This document shows positions 25,097-36,403 of a stretch of DNA of 64,000 bases, in pieces. Position numbers and translations under genes: made by a program. The notes under the pieces were generated by a model. That model was given only the letters and a program-made list of their open reading frames with translations. It did not search any database and was not told where the DNA came from. This stretch comes from a virus (Duplodnaviria; Caudoviricetes), in the IMG/VR virus record IMGVR_UViG_3300038300_000071, positions 1 through 64,000 of that record. The stretch is one strand, 5' to 3'. The first letter of the stretch is position 1. The number at the start of each line of letters is the position of its first letter.

Positions 25097-26557
25097 ATGC
25101 CTATAAAGTTTTTAAGAGATAGTCAGGGAAATTTTGGAATACAAAATGGAAAGCTTCTATATCTTCCTTCATGGACTCCTGCTGAAATAGCTACTCAACT
25201 ATGGTTGGATGCTTCTGATGCTTCTACAATAACGGAGTCGGAAGGATCAGTTAGTCAATGGGATGATAAGAGTGGGAATGACAATCATGCCACACAGGGT
25301 TCAGCGAGTCAACAACCGACTTATGCGACATGGCAAGATCTTCCTGCTGTTGAAATTGTGAGAACTGGTGTTAGTGGAGATATGTTGGAAACATCTTCTA
25401 ACATCATCGGAACTAATGATGATTACACAATCATCTCTGTAAAAACGAATTCAATAGGTCGTGGTGTTGATGGTGCTGGTAGTGGATGGTCTATAGCTGA
25501 TAATGCTTCTGGCGCGAACGTTGTATTAACGAGCGGCGGAGCAGCCCAATACAATGCGAATTCGGGGGGAGCTGGATTTCTTACGACAACCCAACTAGAC
25601 CAGAACGATACACAGACACTACGAGCATGGCTGTATGGTGATAACCTTACTGAGACATCTGCCCCGAAGACTAGTTTGAGAACTAGCACAAGGTACTTTA
25701 CGCTAGGTGCACAGAATGGAAGTGCCATTGCTGGATACCTCGGTGAAGCCATCGTATTCACAAGTGTTATCAGCACGGAAGTTCGCCAGAAATGTGAAGG
25801 TTACTTAGCGTGGAAGTGGGGTTTTGTTGCAAACTTGCCAACAGATCATCCATATAGATGGGATGGTTCCCTTTTTGGTTATGGAGTTCTTTGGCAGCCT
25901 GCTGAAATTACAACAGAAGCTTGGTATGACGCTTCCGATGCAAGCACCATTACAGAAGCAGGTGGAGCTGTTAGTCAGATTGATGATAAGAGTGGAAATG
26001 GTGTTCATGCTGTCCAAGCTAATGGAGGAGACCAACCATTGATAGTTACGGGTGCTATGAATGGGTTAGATGCCCTTCATTTTGTAGGAAGAAATAATTA
26101 CATGGATGGTAATAGCCTTATTGATTTTGACTGGGCTATAACTGTTATCCATTATCTCGCTACCCCTGCTTTTAGTCAAGCGTTAGGTAGCCAAACTATC
26201 CCTTTACTGGGATACACCATCCAGTACAGAGGAGATCTCAACATTGATAGATGGAACTCTAGCCTGTACACAAATGGTAACCCACTAAGCACTGTCGGAG
26301 CTACCCCGGTAACCGTCGGTCCGACTATAGTTGGACGAGACTTACAAGGCTTGTCTAACTTCCACCTACAATTAGGTGGAGATCGTGGACTTCCCAATCG
26401 AGGCTGGGATGGATACATAGGTGAGGTTATCTACGGTAATCAGACTCTCGATACAGCCACAAGACAACTACTAGAAGGTTACCTTGCATGGAAGTGGGGC
26501 TTGGAAGCCAACTTACCAATCGGACATCCTTATAAGTCAGCAGCTCCGACAGCTTAG
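25097..26557 (+). CDS. Virion/adhesin-like protein with two tandem LamG/concanavalin-A-like domains
   Basis: W.DASD.STITE..G.VSQ.DDKSGN ... EGYLAWKWG..ANLP..HPY occurs twice; same domain as the 55982-62076 array. Confidence 0.7.
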   Translation: MPIKFLRDSQGNFGIQNGKLLYLPSWTPAEIATQLWLDASDASTITESEGSVSQWDDKSGNDNHATQGSASQQPTYATWQDLPAVEIVRTGVSGDMLETSSNIIGTNDDYTIISVKTNSIGRGVDGAGSGWSIADNASGANVVLTSGGAAQYNANSGGAGFLTTTQLDQNDTQTLRAWLYGDNLTETSAPKTSLRTSTRYFTLGAQNGSAIAGYLGEAIVFTSVISTEVRQKCEGYLAWKWGFVANLPTDHPYRWDGSLFGYGVLWQPAEITTEAWYDASDASTITEAGGAVSQIDDKSGNGVHAVQANGGDQPLIVTGAMNGLDALHFVGRNNYMDGNSLIDFDWAITVIHYLATPAFSQALGSQTIPLLGYTIQYRGDLNIDRWNSSLYTNGNPLSTVGATPVTVGPTIVGRDLQGLSNFHLQLGGDRGLPNRGWDGYIGEVIYGNQTLDTATRQLLEGYLAWKWGLEANLPIGHPYKSAAPTA

Positions 26558-26618
26558 AATAATTTAACAATAATTTAATATAATAACATTTAATATAATA
26601 AAACATAAGGAAACGCAA

Positions 26619-26939
26619 ATGGAATGGTATAGATGGAATAGCTTAGAAACGGCTCAGGCCTGTTTGAATGTTATTAATGGCGATACTCGTTTGCCATTAA
26701 CTGGTAATAATTCTAAAACGGGCGAGATGGCCCTTGATGATAAGTGTAAAACTACAAAGTGGTGTGAGTCTGTAGTTGAGTGTACTGATGGTAAGTTTGG
26801 CTTTCCTAGAGTTACTCAAGTTTGGTTAGATCTTCTTGGCGTGACGGCTGAAGAGTCTGCGATTTTTCTTGCGACATTCAATCCAGATGTTGAAGCATTT
26901 GATTCTGCATGGATTCCAAGTCGAGATGAGGAGTTATAA
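26619..26939 (+). CDS. Hypothetical protein, possibly a chaperone or partner of the lectin-domain protein
   Basis: Position and SD AAGGA; function inferred from position only. Confidence 0.45.
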   Translation: MEWYRWNSLETAQACLNVINGDTRLPLTGNNSKTGEMALDDKCKTTKWCESVVECTDGKFGFPRVTQVWLDLLGVTAEESAIFLATFNPDVEAFDSAWIPSRDEEL

Positions 26940-26943
26940 AATT

Positions 26944-27336
26944 ATGAAACAGGATAAAATGGCAGAAGAGATTATAGCAATTGCAGAATTATTAATGTCT
27001 GCCTTGCCTGCGGCTGGAAAGGATATATCCAGCAAGGATAGATTTACAAAGCAAGAGTGGAGCACTTATCATAAGAAGCACCCAAAGGCAGATCCTACTA
27101 ATTTTATAATTGAAGAAAAGAAAACAACGAGAGACAGAGGCAAGGCAGATCCGAAGACGGAAGCTGAGAGAAGATTGGCTCCAAAGATAAAGAGATTGAA
27201 AGATCTTCGAAGAAAGAAGGAGGTCTCAGGGGGAAGTCTTAATTTAAATGAGTTGAAGGAAATGAAAGACCTTTATACTGAATTAAGTCAAGAGTTTAAG
27301 TTGTTCGGATTAAGTATGGATTTATTAAAGATTTAA
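26944..27336 (+). CDS. Basic protein with an ELxxIAxxL-like N-terminus and YxxxHPxAxP motif
   Basis: MAEEIIAIAELLMS; YHKKHPKADP. Confidence 0.55.
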   Translation: MKQDKMAEEIIAIAELLMSALPAAGKDISSKDRFTKQEWSTYHKKHPKADPTNFIIEEKKTTRDRGKADPKTEAERRLAPKIKRLKDLRRKKEVSGGSLNLNELKEMKDLYTELSQEFKLFGLSMDLLKI

Positions 27337-28681
27337 AATAGATTTATATATATTAAAAATTTAGGCACTGTAGGATATAATTCTGCAGTGCTTTATTTTT
27401 TATAGGAGTTTTAAATGAAAGTTTATAAAGTTGAGATGGGAGACGAGTACTTAGAATTGGTTTTTAGAAATAAGTGCAAGTTGTCAATACCGATTGAAGA
27501 CATACTGTTCTTAGACGGGCAGCCCAGAGAAGAAATGGAGAATTTTGAGTTATTGAAGGGAAGTAAAATATATTGGCCGGATCTGGATGAAGAGATAATT
27601 GTAAATAGCATAAAGAATAAGTTTTTTGCGAATCACAAAGTTCATTTAATTGATCAAGTTATGTGCGAGTATTTGAGGGGTGTTGGAAAGGGTTCTAAGT
27701 ATGATACGTCATGCTGTGGAACGAGGATATTTACAAAAGATAAGTTTAGAATAACAACGAAGTTTGATGAGGTTACATGCAATGCTTGCATGAGATCTAT
27801 AAATTCAAAGAAGAAGCCAGTTGGGCATAGAGTTAGTTATTATACTAATGGGAATTATGAGCATGTGAATTCGCCTGATGGCACTTTGTGGGTTCATCCT
27901 ATTTTAAAAAGAGTAAAATAATACAGAGGAAAAGCTATGAGAGTTTATAAAAACAGAAACGATGTACCAGACGACAAAACTGAATTGGTAAGCAAGAGTG
28001 ATATGATTAAGAGGTTAGAGGATATTCATATTTTAATTGCAGGGGGGAATGTATCTTCTATGATGGACAGGCTTTTGGATGATTTGAAGAAGTAGAGTTT
28101 ATGGCCATTTCGTATTGACATTTCTTTATTTTATGTTAGTTTAAAATAAAAGGATTATTTAAAATGAGATTATTTATATTGATTTCAATGTTTTTATTAA
28201 TATGGATGGCCTTGGCTCTTCCGTTTGCAGTTGTTCTTGGAATGGCTGGAGTGACAAGCTTTTCAGTGGCTATGTTTTTCAGTATTTTTTCTTCTGTATT
28301 AATAATAAAGAAGATGACATCATAATGGTTTGAGATGAAGAGCAATCGTATACCCAGAATAGTAAGATTACATAATATGCTTAGAAAGTTAATTTTAAAG
28401 CAGTCTAATGATTGGATTTGTGAAGCATTTTATCCAGAATGTCGCCACTGTGGGATTACTAGTATTCGGTTTAATATGAATGGCGATCATCACAATGGAT
28501 GCCCTCACAGGGGTCTTGGCAAGCAAATAAAGCATTGGCAAGGGCTTATAAGCGAAGAGGAAAAGTCGGAAACGGCAAGAAGGCTTTACGCTCTCGCGAT
28601 ATTCGATGTTGTGTGCCTAGATTAATAATAATTTAATATAATAAATGTTAATAGGATTTACACCTGTTTGAGGATGATATA

Positions 28682-29368
28682 ATGAGTTTAGATGTGAGCA
28701 AGGTTGATTGTAAGCTTGGCAAGAAGATACAGAAGAAGTTAGTTAGTCTTGGAATTGCAACTCCAATGGATTTTAAAAATCCTTCATACGTCGGAGATTC
28801 GCAGGAGAAGATCGATTTGATTTCCTCAAAGTATAATGAGATAATGAGAATAATTGGTTTGGATTTAAGTGATGACAGTCTGAGGGATACTCCCAACAGA
28901 CTGGCAAAGATGTATGTGAATGAATTGTTTTGGGGCTTGAGTCCTGATAACTTTCCCAAATGTACAACAGTTGATAACAAAATGTCTTACGATGAGATGG
29001 TGCTGGTAAAAGGCATAAGTGTTTCGTCATCTTGTGAGCATCACTTTCAAAGTATATCTGGTTATGCCACTATAGCTTATGTTCCTGAGAAGAAGATCTT
29101 GGGGTTGTCAAAATTCAATAGAGTTGTGGAGTACTTTTCAAGAAGGCCACAAGTCCAAGAGAGATTGACATGTCAGATTTTTCACAGCTTATCGTTAATA
29201 CTTAAAACTTCAGATGTGGCAGTCCTTATTGATGCAGAGCATGGATGCGTTCGCTGCAGGGGAACGGAGGATTTGAATTCAAGTACTGTTACTAGCAAGA
29301 TTGGTGGTGTCTTTAGAAAGAAGGCAACCAGAGCGGAATTTATATCATTAGCAGGGAAGTTAAGATAA
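28682..29368 (+). CDS. folE: GTP cyclohydrolase I
   Basis: TPNRLAKMY, SSCEHHF, GLSKFNR, RRPQVQERLT, HGCVRCRG. Confidence 0.96.
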   Translation: MSLDVSKVDCKLGKKIQKKLVSLGIATPMDFKNPSYVGDSQEKIDLISSKYNEIMRIIGLDLSDDSLRDTPNRLAKMYVNELFWGLSPDNFPKCTTVDNKMSYDEMVLVKGISVSSSCEHHFQSISGYATIAYVPEKKILGLSKFNRVVEYFSRRPQVQERLTCQIFHSLSLILKTSDVAVLIDAEHGCVRCRGTEDLNSSTVTSKIGGVFRKKATRAEFISLAGKLR

Positions 29369-29608
29369 TGAACATTGGAAAAGAACTGACAGAGATAGCT
29401 GATATTTTACACACAGCTGTAGAAAAGAGTGCATATAATTTAGAAAATCATTACGGCGATACATTTGGAGTAATGAAGAGAGATTTAACAAACAGGAGAA
29501 ATTTGGGATCAGTTGTAAATATGATTGGAAAGCTAAGGCTTGAAAATCCCAATGATCCTGTGTATGCTGATTTGTACGAAAAAATAAGTAAAATAGAGAT
29601 TTAAAAGA

Positions 29609-30103
29609 ATGGATGAATTGGAACCAACTATAGCTGTAGATTTCGACAAGACTATTTGTGATGAATCTTCATTGTATCCAGAGTTTGGGAAACTGATAGA
29701 GGGAGCAAATGAATCGTTGCAGAAGTTGAAAAGCATGGGATATAGCATTAAGATTTATACTTGCAGGCTGAATGGGCAGGCGATGAGTAAGGGATCTTTT
29801 ATCTCTCAGTATAATGCGTTGATAGATTGGCTTCAAGAGAATGAAGTGCCTTATGATGATATTGCAACTCCTGATGAAGGGAAGATATTTGCAGAATTCT
29901 ACATTGATGATAAGGGTATTAGGTTTCAAGACAACTGGGAAGAGGTTGTCTCTTTTATAGAAAAGAATGGAAATGTTGAAAAGAATAAGAAAGATAGAAT
30001 ACTATGGCACGACTTATTGCGTGAGTCGTATGAAGATAAAAAATTAGCTCAAGTATTAGATAAGGAAATATTCTTAGAGATAAAGAAAATAAAAGATAAA
30101 TAA
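29609..30103 (+). CDS. HAD-superfamily phosphatase
   Basis: AVDFDKTI (DxD), IYTCR, YIDDK. Confidence 0.8.
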   Translation: MDELEPTIAVDFDKTICDESSLYPEFGKLIEGANESLQKLKSMGYSIKIYTCRLNGQAMSKGSFISQYNALIDWLQENEVPYDDIATPDEGKIFAEFYIDDKGIRFQDNWEEVVSFIEKNGNVEKNKKDRILWHDLLRESYEDKKLAQVLDKEIFLEIKKIKDK

Positions 30104-30189
30104 TACTTTTATGAATTAAAAATCATTAAGGTAAATAACTAGAAGTCTCGTTCATCCGCATAAATCCTAGTTGTTTTTATTTTAGTGTA

Positions 30190-30222
30190 AGGCCCCGATA
30201 GATATGTCGGGGCCTTTTTTTT
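30190..30222 (+). terminator. Intrinsic terminator
   Basis: AGGCCCCGATA/TGTCGGGGCCT stem plus T run. Confidence 0.8.
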
Positions 30223-30704
30223 GTATAAATTTTAAATATAAGCTTCTTTTACATAAAGAAGGAATATTCATATGTATTATTTAATAGGCAAGTCAGATGA
30301 TCAGGCTATAGTTTTCTCAAAAAATATTAACAGGGAAAGCGCTGTTGTTGTTGGTCAAGAAATAATAAACAGATTTAAGGGAAGGGAAATTGACATTTCT
30401 CATGTGGAAGTTGTTTCAATCCTGCCTTACAAGACTATAACGTGGGCGCATTATGATTTGAATCCAGCATTGCAAGAAATAATCAGCATAGCTGGGATGT
30501 TGGGAAATGTGTACTGAGTGTAGAATTAGAGAAGAACTTATAAAGAGTACGGGGAGTCAGATTCATCTTGCGAACCTTAATGCATCTGCTGTTTACAGAA
30601 ATATAGTGGATGGAGTTGGAGCGGAGAAGTCGTAAGAGTACTGGCGTTTATTGTTGTATAGTTATTTTATATTTAAGCTATTATTGTAACGAGAGGTACT
30701 TAAA

Positions 30705-31271
30705 ATGAATAAAGTATTTACATTTATGAGATGCTTGGTGGCCATATCCTTTTTATCACTGACTGGGTGTTCGGTCTTTCCTTCTTGGGGAGATGACATA
30801 AAGGATAAGATAGAATTAGAAGAAGAAAAATCTAAAAATCCGCCTGAACTTAAGACGGCTGAAGGACAGAGAGAGCAGTTGACATTGGATCTGGGCTTTG
30901 TCATGAGATGGGGAGCTGTTTTTTGCACCATCGCAACAATAGTTTTGCTTGTGTTGAGCTTTAAAATTCAGGCATTGGCTCATGTTTGCGTTCTTACTGG
31001 AGCTGGTGCAGTTCTTTGTATGATAACTTTATATTCTTTATCGTATATATGGTTTATAGCAGGAGCGATATTCTGGGGTCTTGTGATATATGCAGGATTC
31101 AAGATATATTACTTAATCCAAGAGAGAAACGAAGAAAGGGAAGTAAGCAAGGAATTGGCTATTCATTTCGATGACAGCGAAGGAGAGGCAAAGCTTTCTG
31201 AAAAGGCAAAAGAGAAATACGCTATTAATAAAAAGTTTGGCGATGTCCATAAGTGGGACAAAAAAGAATAA
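30705..31271 (+). CDS. Putative lipoprotein with additional transmembrane helices
   Basis: Lipobox LTGC, then 2-3 hydrophobic segments. Confidence 0.55.
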   Translation: MNKVFTFMRCLVAISFLSLTGCSVFPSWGDDIKDKIELEEEKSKNPPELKTAEGQREQLTLDLGFVMRWGAVFCTIATIVLLVLSFKIQALAHVCVLTGAGAVLCMITLYSLSYIWFIAGAIFWGLVIYAGFKIYYLIQERNEEREVSKELAIHFDDSEGEAKLSEKAKEKYAINKKFGDVHKWDKKE

Positions 31272-31315
31272 GCTTTCGGGAATGCTCGAAAGAATGTCTG
31301 GGAATACTCGGATGA

Positions 31316-31348
31316 AAAAGCTCCTAAATTAACTTAGGAGCTTTTTTT
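31316..31348 (+). terminator. Intrinsic terminator
   Basis: AGCTCCTAA/TTAGGAGCT stem plus T run. Confidence 0.75.
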
Positions 31349-31411
31349 ATGTTCGGATTGCAAGTTTAAATTGTCATGATATATTCTTGAAATGTTTAAA
31401 AAGGAATTTTA

Positions 31412-31687
31412 ATGAGAGATCCGAAAAGAATAGATGTGATATTGGACTATATAAGAAAGGATTGGAAAGAGAGTCCTGACTTGAGGCTTCCTCAATTGAT
31501 AGAAAATATTGCTTGGGCTGCTGATAAAAAAAGACAAGCTGGCTCCAAGAATCCGTTGGCAAGAACGGCAGGAATGGAATCTTGGATGTATAGCATGGAC
31601 GATGATTTTGTGATAGATGCTTATAGGGATAAGTATCCTGCGACTGGAATGTTAGAGATTGAAAATAAGAAAGAATTAGAGGAATAG
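31412..31687 (+). CDS. DUF1040/YihD-like protein
   Basis: MRDPKRID..L..I...W...PDLRL.QL motif. Confidence 0.65.
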   Translation: MRDPKRIDVILDYIRKDWKESPDLRLPQLIENIAWAADKKRQAGSKNPLARTAGMESWMYSMDDDFVIDAYRDKYPATGMLEIENKKELEE

Positions 31688-33262
31688 ATTATGGGATGCT
31701 GGCTTGGAACTGATGGAATAACTGGAGCGTCTATAATTGAGGGCGAGGAATGCTATGCATTGATTTGCTCAGTGGTGGATGGAATTTACCGTCCTTTGTT
31801 TTTGCCTGTACTTGGAAAGTATAACGACTATGGGTCGATAACTGACATTGTTCCGAATCCTTTTGTCCATGAGGAAATGCTAAAATACCTAAAGAAGTTG
31901 ATGCATATTGGTCAGATTGTAAGAGGGCCTGATAGTAGATTTAAGTTTAATAATATTGATGAGTTTCTGAGAGATGCGGAGCGTGGACATTTGAAGTGGA
32001 AAGACGACCACTTACCTACGGAAGGTGAAAAAATTGACTTAGTTCTTTTCTCAAAAGATGTTTTTGACAAAGCGGTTGAGATGGGTAAAAATGTTAAGTG
32101 GTGGGATGGAAAGAAAATAAGCGACAGGCTGAGGGGGAATATTAAGACTGTATTGGTCGAGATAGAGAATATACCAGACAAGGATGACTTTATCAGAATG
32201 TGGAAGTTTCAAGACATGGTTCGAGATGCATTTATGAAAGGTTACGAATGGAGTCATAATATCGACGATATAGTTTTATCACCAGATAGTTCTCATTCCG
32301 AGAAGGAGGGAATTATGGAAGAAATGTTCTCCTTTCGCTGTTTTTTATATTTCATGGAAGAAATGAGATTGAGTATTGGTTTTCCGGTGGGAAAGGGAAG
32401 TCAGAGTGATAACTTGGAGTCTCAGGCTGAATTCTATAAGTTTGCGTGGAAGAGATCTGAAATCAAGGCTTGGGAGAATAGGTGTAATATTTATAGGTGG
32501 GACTGCGAAGAAGGAGCGCTGTTTGTAGGAGAGACGGAGGAGGTATGAATTGTGCTTGCTGTAAATACTTAAAAGAAGAGAGGATATTCTTTTCTAGCAT
32601 ATTTGTTTGCGACAAATGTGACAAGTCTCAAAAAGGAAGAGAAGTGGCGTGTTATTACTTTGCAATTTCCAATACGAGATTTATTAAGTATGCAATAGTT
32701 CCAATGTTAATAGTTCATGGTTTTATATCTCCTGATGGATTTTTATGGCTTCCAATTATTGTTAATATAACTTTGGGATTTTTCATTATGCCAAAGGTGG
32801 TAAGGGTAAGTCTTCCAAGCAGAGAGGAAGTGTCGGACGAAATATTAATGGCCAACCTGCAGGATTAGCGTGTTTGAATTGTAAGTAATATTTTATTGAT
32901 AAACTGCTCTTAATGAAGATGTGTTTGATCTTAACTTAGGACGGAGAGAAGCTATGAATGAGGATTCCTTTAAAGAAAACGAAACAAATACGGAAATGTT
33001 CTATACAGATCTAAAGTCAAAAATAGATTATCATTTAATTGAAAATGATTTAACATTTGCCGAGGTTATTGGAACCATTGAGATAATAAAGCAAGAGATA
33101 TTGGGTCAAATGTATGAGGATACCTTCATTATGGAAATGCTTGATGAGGATGACGATGACTTTGAGGATTATTAAGGGGATCGGCCATAATTAGAAATAA
33201 ATAATTTTTTAATATTTATATGTTTGTATGACAATTTAATATATTTAAGGGTAGAAAAGACT

Positions 33263-34150
33263 ATGGATAAGATAAAAGCAGCGAGAGAACTTCTTAAAAT
33301 TGCCAAAGATTTAGAGGCGTATGAGTTTCCAAATCAAAAAGAATTGGTTAAGTACTTGCATGAGCATCCGGCTGCAAGGCCAAGCAAGCATACTGTAAAG
33401 AGAACTCCTAAAAAGAACAGGCTTCCAGACCAGTTGAGAAATCCTGACAAGGATAGGCATGAAGAGTACAGCAAGCTTGAGCATAAAGATTTAGATAAAG
33501 ATAAAGTTAAGAAGATTAGAAAGAAGCTTAAAAACCTTAAAGATAGAATTAAGAAGGTTGATGACCGCAACGATAAGATTAAAAAGAATATCAAAGATGA
33601 AAAGCCAGTTGAAGCTCCTCCAGTTGAGGAAGTGACTCCTAAGCTTAATAAATCCAGATATACTCGCTCAAAGAATAAGCACATTAAATCCTATTCCAAT
33701 TATAATTTTGATGCAGATCCTGATAAGAAAGAATCTCCTTGGAAGGATATGGATTGGAAGAAGTATACAAAATTTGCAAAACAGGCTACTCATATTGCGC
33801 ATGCACTTCTTGATGAGCATGATTTTGACGATGAGGCAATGAATGATATTAGAGAGACTAGAAAGAATAGATTTGGAGCAAAGTCTACTTTAACTCCTCA
33901 AGAAATCAAACAGAAGTATATGGACAACATGAATCTTAAAAACTTTAGCAGTCCAGAAGCTTTAAAGAATGCTAAGGAAAGAGTTAGTAAGATGAGTCCA
34001 GCAGACTTCTTGATTGTTTTCAGATCAATACTTGCCGAGGAAGAAGATGAGGAAGGTGTTATTCAGAATATGAAGAACATTAAGAATAATCAACAAAAGT
34101 TCTTGAGTAGTCCTCAGTGGAGCGGTGAATCTGCCCATAAGACTTGGTAA
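33263..34150 (+). CDS. Lys-rich protein with ELxxIAxxL N-terminus (possible internal head protein)
   Basis: KAARELLKIAKDLEAYE; YLHEHPAARP. Confidence 0.55.
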   Translation: MDKIKAARELLKIAKDLEAYEFPNQKELVKYLHEHPAARPSKHTVKRTPKKNRLPDQLRNPDKDRHEEYSKLEHKDLDKDKVKKIRKKLKNLKDRIKKVDDRNDKIKKNIKDEKPVEAPPVEEVTPKLNKSRYTRSKNKHIKSYSNYNFDADPDKKESPWKDMDWKKYTKFAKQATHIAHALLDEHDFDDEAMNDIRETRKNRFGAKSTLTPQEIKQKYMDNMNLKNFSSPEALKNAKERVSKMSPADFLIVFRSILAEEEDEEGVIQNMKNIKNNQQKFLSSPQWSGESAHKTW

Positions 34151-34175
34151 TATAATCTACCCGTGTTAAATTGTT

Positions 34176-34207
34176 AGGCCTCCTAGAAATGGGAGGCCTT
34201 TTTTTTT
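34176..34207 (+). terminator. Intrinsic terminator
   Basis: AGGCCTCCTA/TGGGAGGCCT stem plus T run. Confidence 0.8.
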
Positions 34208-34304
34208 GCTGATAAAAAGTTTTAAATTAATATAAAAAAGAACTGGCAATATATTTTTAGACCGCTATAGTTTATTATCTTAAAGAAAAACAAAGGATAA
34301 TAAA

Positions 34305-35141
34305 ATGAATGTAAATGGAATTATAGGCGTAAATGTTTACTGGAATCTAAAGAACGTTGGCAAGATTGGAACGACAAGATTGATTAAACTGATAAACGAT
34401 AATGGTTTTGAAGATGCGGATATTAAATTGCCATCAGACAAGACGGCTTTTTGCAGAGCTATAAAGGATTTTAATAATGCAAGAGGGCACAGGCTGTCAA
34501 GAAAGATCTCTGATAATAAAGATTGCATTGTGTATGGTATAGTTGATGAAGCTGTGAATAAAGAGGATGAAACTCTAAAGTACACAAAGGAAACCAGTGC
34601 AAGATTCGACAAGGAAACCAGTGCTGTTGAGGCAGAAGGGCCTCTCTCCAAGAGAATCTGCGACAGCTATGAGTCATATATGGATGTTTTCGTTAGAGCG
34701 GATATAAGCCAGTTTCTAAGAGTATGCATCAACAAAGCATGTGGCGTTCCAAAAAGACCTTCTGGAGGGATATATTTTGTTCCTCAGGAAAAGATTGAAG
34801 TTATAGAATCAATGGCTAAGATTGTTGAAGAGCTTCGCATTGGGAAGGTGTATATTGAGAGAATATATGACGGCCCTCAAGAGCGTGGTAATATCTGGGA
34901 ATCCTGCGAAGAGGAAATAGAGCGTGTTGTTGATGACGTTTTTTCCAATACGAAGAAAATTGGGAAAAGAGTATCTGCTCTTGAGAATCAAGAATCCAAG
35001 CTGAATCAAATGAATGATCTTATGGGTGTTTACAGAGAATTGCTTGGAAAAGAGGCAGTGGTTGAAGATATGGTTGAAAAGATTCAAAGGGCTGAGTCGT
35101 TCATAAGCGAAAAGATGAAAGAACTTTCAGAGCTGGTGTAA
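34305..35141 (+). CDS. DUF6744-like protein
   Basis: LPS...AF.RA and R.SGGIYFVP motifs. Confidence 0.5.
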   Translation: MNVNGIIGVNVYWNLKNVGKIGTTRLIKLINDNGFEDADIKLPSDKTAFCRAIKDFNNARGHRLSRKISDNKDCIVYGIVDEAVNKEDETLKYTKETSARFDKETSAVEAEGPLSKRICDSYESYMDVFVRADISQFLRVCINKACGVPKRPSGGIYFVPQEKIEVIESMAKIVEELRIGKVYIERIYDGPQERGNIWESCEEEIERVVDDVFSNTKKIGKRVSALENQESKLNQMNDLMGVYRELLGKEAVVEDMVEKIQRAESFISEKMKELSELV

Positions 35142-35143
35142 TT

Positions 35144-36403
35144 ATGAAAATCGGCCTGCTAACCTTTCCTTGTTTGTTTGATAGCTTCTTTGATGGAGAT
35201 GATACGGAATACCATCAAATCTTGGAGCCATCAGTTCTCTATCTTGCGACTAAAAGTCATGACTGTGAATTCATTTATGACAATAAGCCAAAGGAAGGAA
35301 TAGATATCTACATTTGTAGCGTTTATACGAGAGGATATAATGAATTTAGAAGGTTTAGCGAGCTAGTTGGAAGTGATAAAATTATTGCAGGCGGATATCA
35401 TGTGACCGCCATTCCAGACCACTTTGATGGCTATGCTGATAAAATTGTTACTGGATATTGTAGCAATATAGATGAGATAATTGAAAAGCCTAAAGGGTCT
35501 TACAAGGGAGAATTTGGATTCAGCGAGATGAATAGAGATTTGATTGACATGAAAAGAATGAATCAAGTTTATCCTGATATAACTGATGAAGATGTTAAAG
35601 GTTCAATGGTGACATCGGTAGGTTGTCCATATGCATGCGAATTTTGCTCTACTCCAAATATGTCTGGAAGAAGAATGAAAGTTGGAGAGTTTGACTATGT
35701 TCACAGAGAGATTGAAAATCTTCTAGAGAAAGATGTCACAACTGTATTTCTCCGAGATGAGAGCTTTGCAACGCATCCTAAGATTAAAGAGATAGCCAGT
35801 ATTTTAAAAGACAAGTTTAGAGTTCTATACAGCTTTGGAACTTTGGGAGTCATGAGCAAGCGTGAGGATGTTGTAAAGCATCTTGCTGAATGTGGTTGGC
35901 ATAGTTTGAATTTTGGATTGGAGGATATAGGAACGAAGTACAACAAGAATCGCGATGTGATGAATGCTGTGCAAAACTGTCAGAAGTATGGGCTTAAGTA
36001 CAACATGAGCTTCATAGTTAATGATTATGGTAAAGATCAAGATAGCCTGAGGGCTAATTACAATGCTCTTTATGATTCTTTCTGTTCTTATAAGCCAAGC
36101 CAGTTAAATGCAAACTTTATGATGCCATTGCCTGCTACCGGATTGTGGGAGAGATTTGGAGATAGATTTAGCTTGGAAGATTTTGACAAATTTGATTCTA
36201 AGACTCCATTGTTTAATGACGACTTGGTTAGTTGGAACAAGCGCATGTTGGTTGCCGTGCAGTTGAAATATTATTACTCTGATATATATAATAAAGAAGT
36301 GAGAGATTTCAATTGTGGGGATAATTTAAGTAAGAGAATGTTTGAGCTTGAGGATCGCTTTGACCTGAAGGGAATTAGCCACGACAAGCTTTTAGAGCTT
36401 TAG
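35144..36403 (+). CDS. Cobalamin-binding radical SAM protein
   Basis: IIAGGYH.T B12 domain; GCPYACEFC (CxxxCxxC); DESF; FGLE. Confidence 0.85.
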   Translation: MKIGLLTFPCLFDSFFDGDDTEYHQILEPSVLYLATKSHDCEFIYDNKPKEGIDIYICSVYTRGYNEFRRFSELVGSDKIIAGGYHVTAIPDHFDGYADKIVTGYCSNIDEIIEKPKGSYKGEFGFSEMNRDLIDMKRMNQVYPDITDEDVKGSMVTSVGCPYACEFCSTPNMSGRRMKVGEFDYVHREIENLLEKDVTTVFLRDESFATHPKIKEIASILKDKFRVLYSFGTLGVMSKREDVVKHLAECGWHSLNFGLEDIGTKYNKNRDVMNAVQNCQKYGLKYNMSFIVNDYGKDQDSLRANYNALYDSFCSYKPSQLNANFMMPLPATGLWERFGDRFSLEDFDKFDSKTPLFNDDLVSWNKRMLVAVQLKYYYSDIYNKEVRDFNCGDNLSKRMFELEDRFDLKGISHDKLLEL

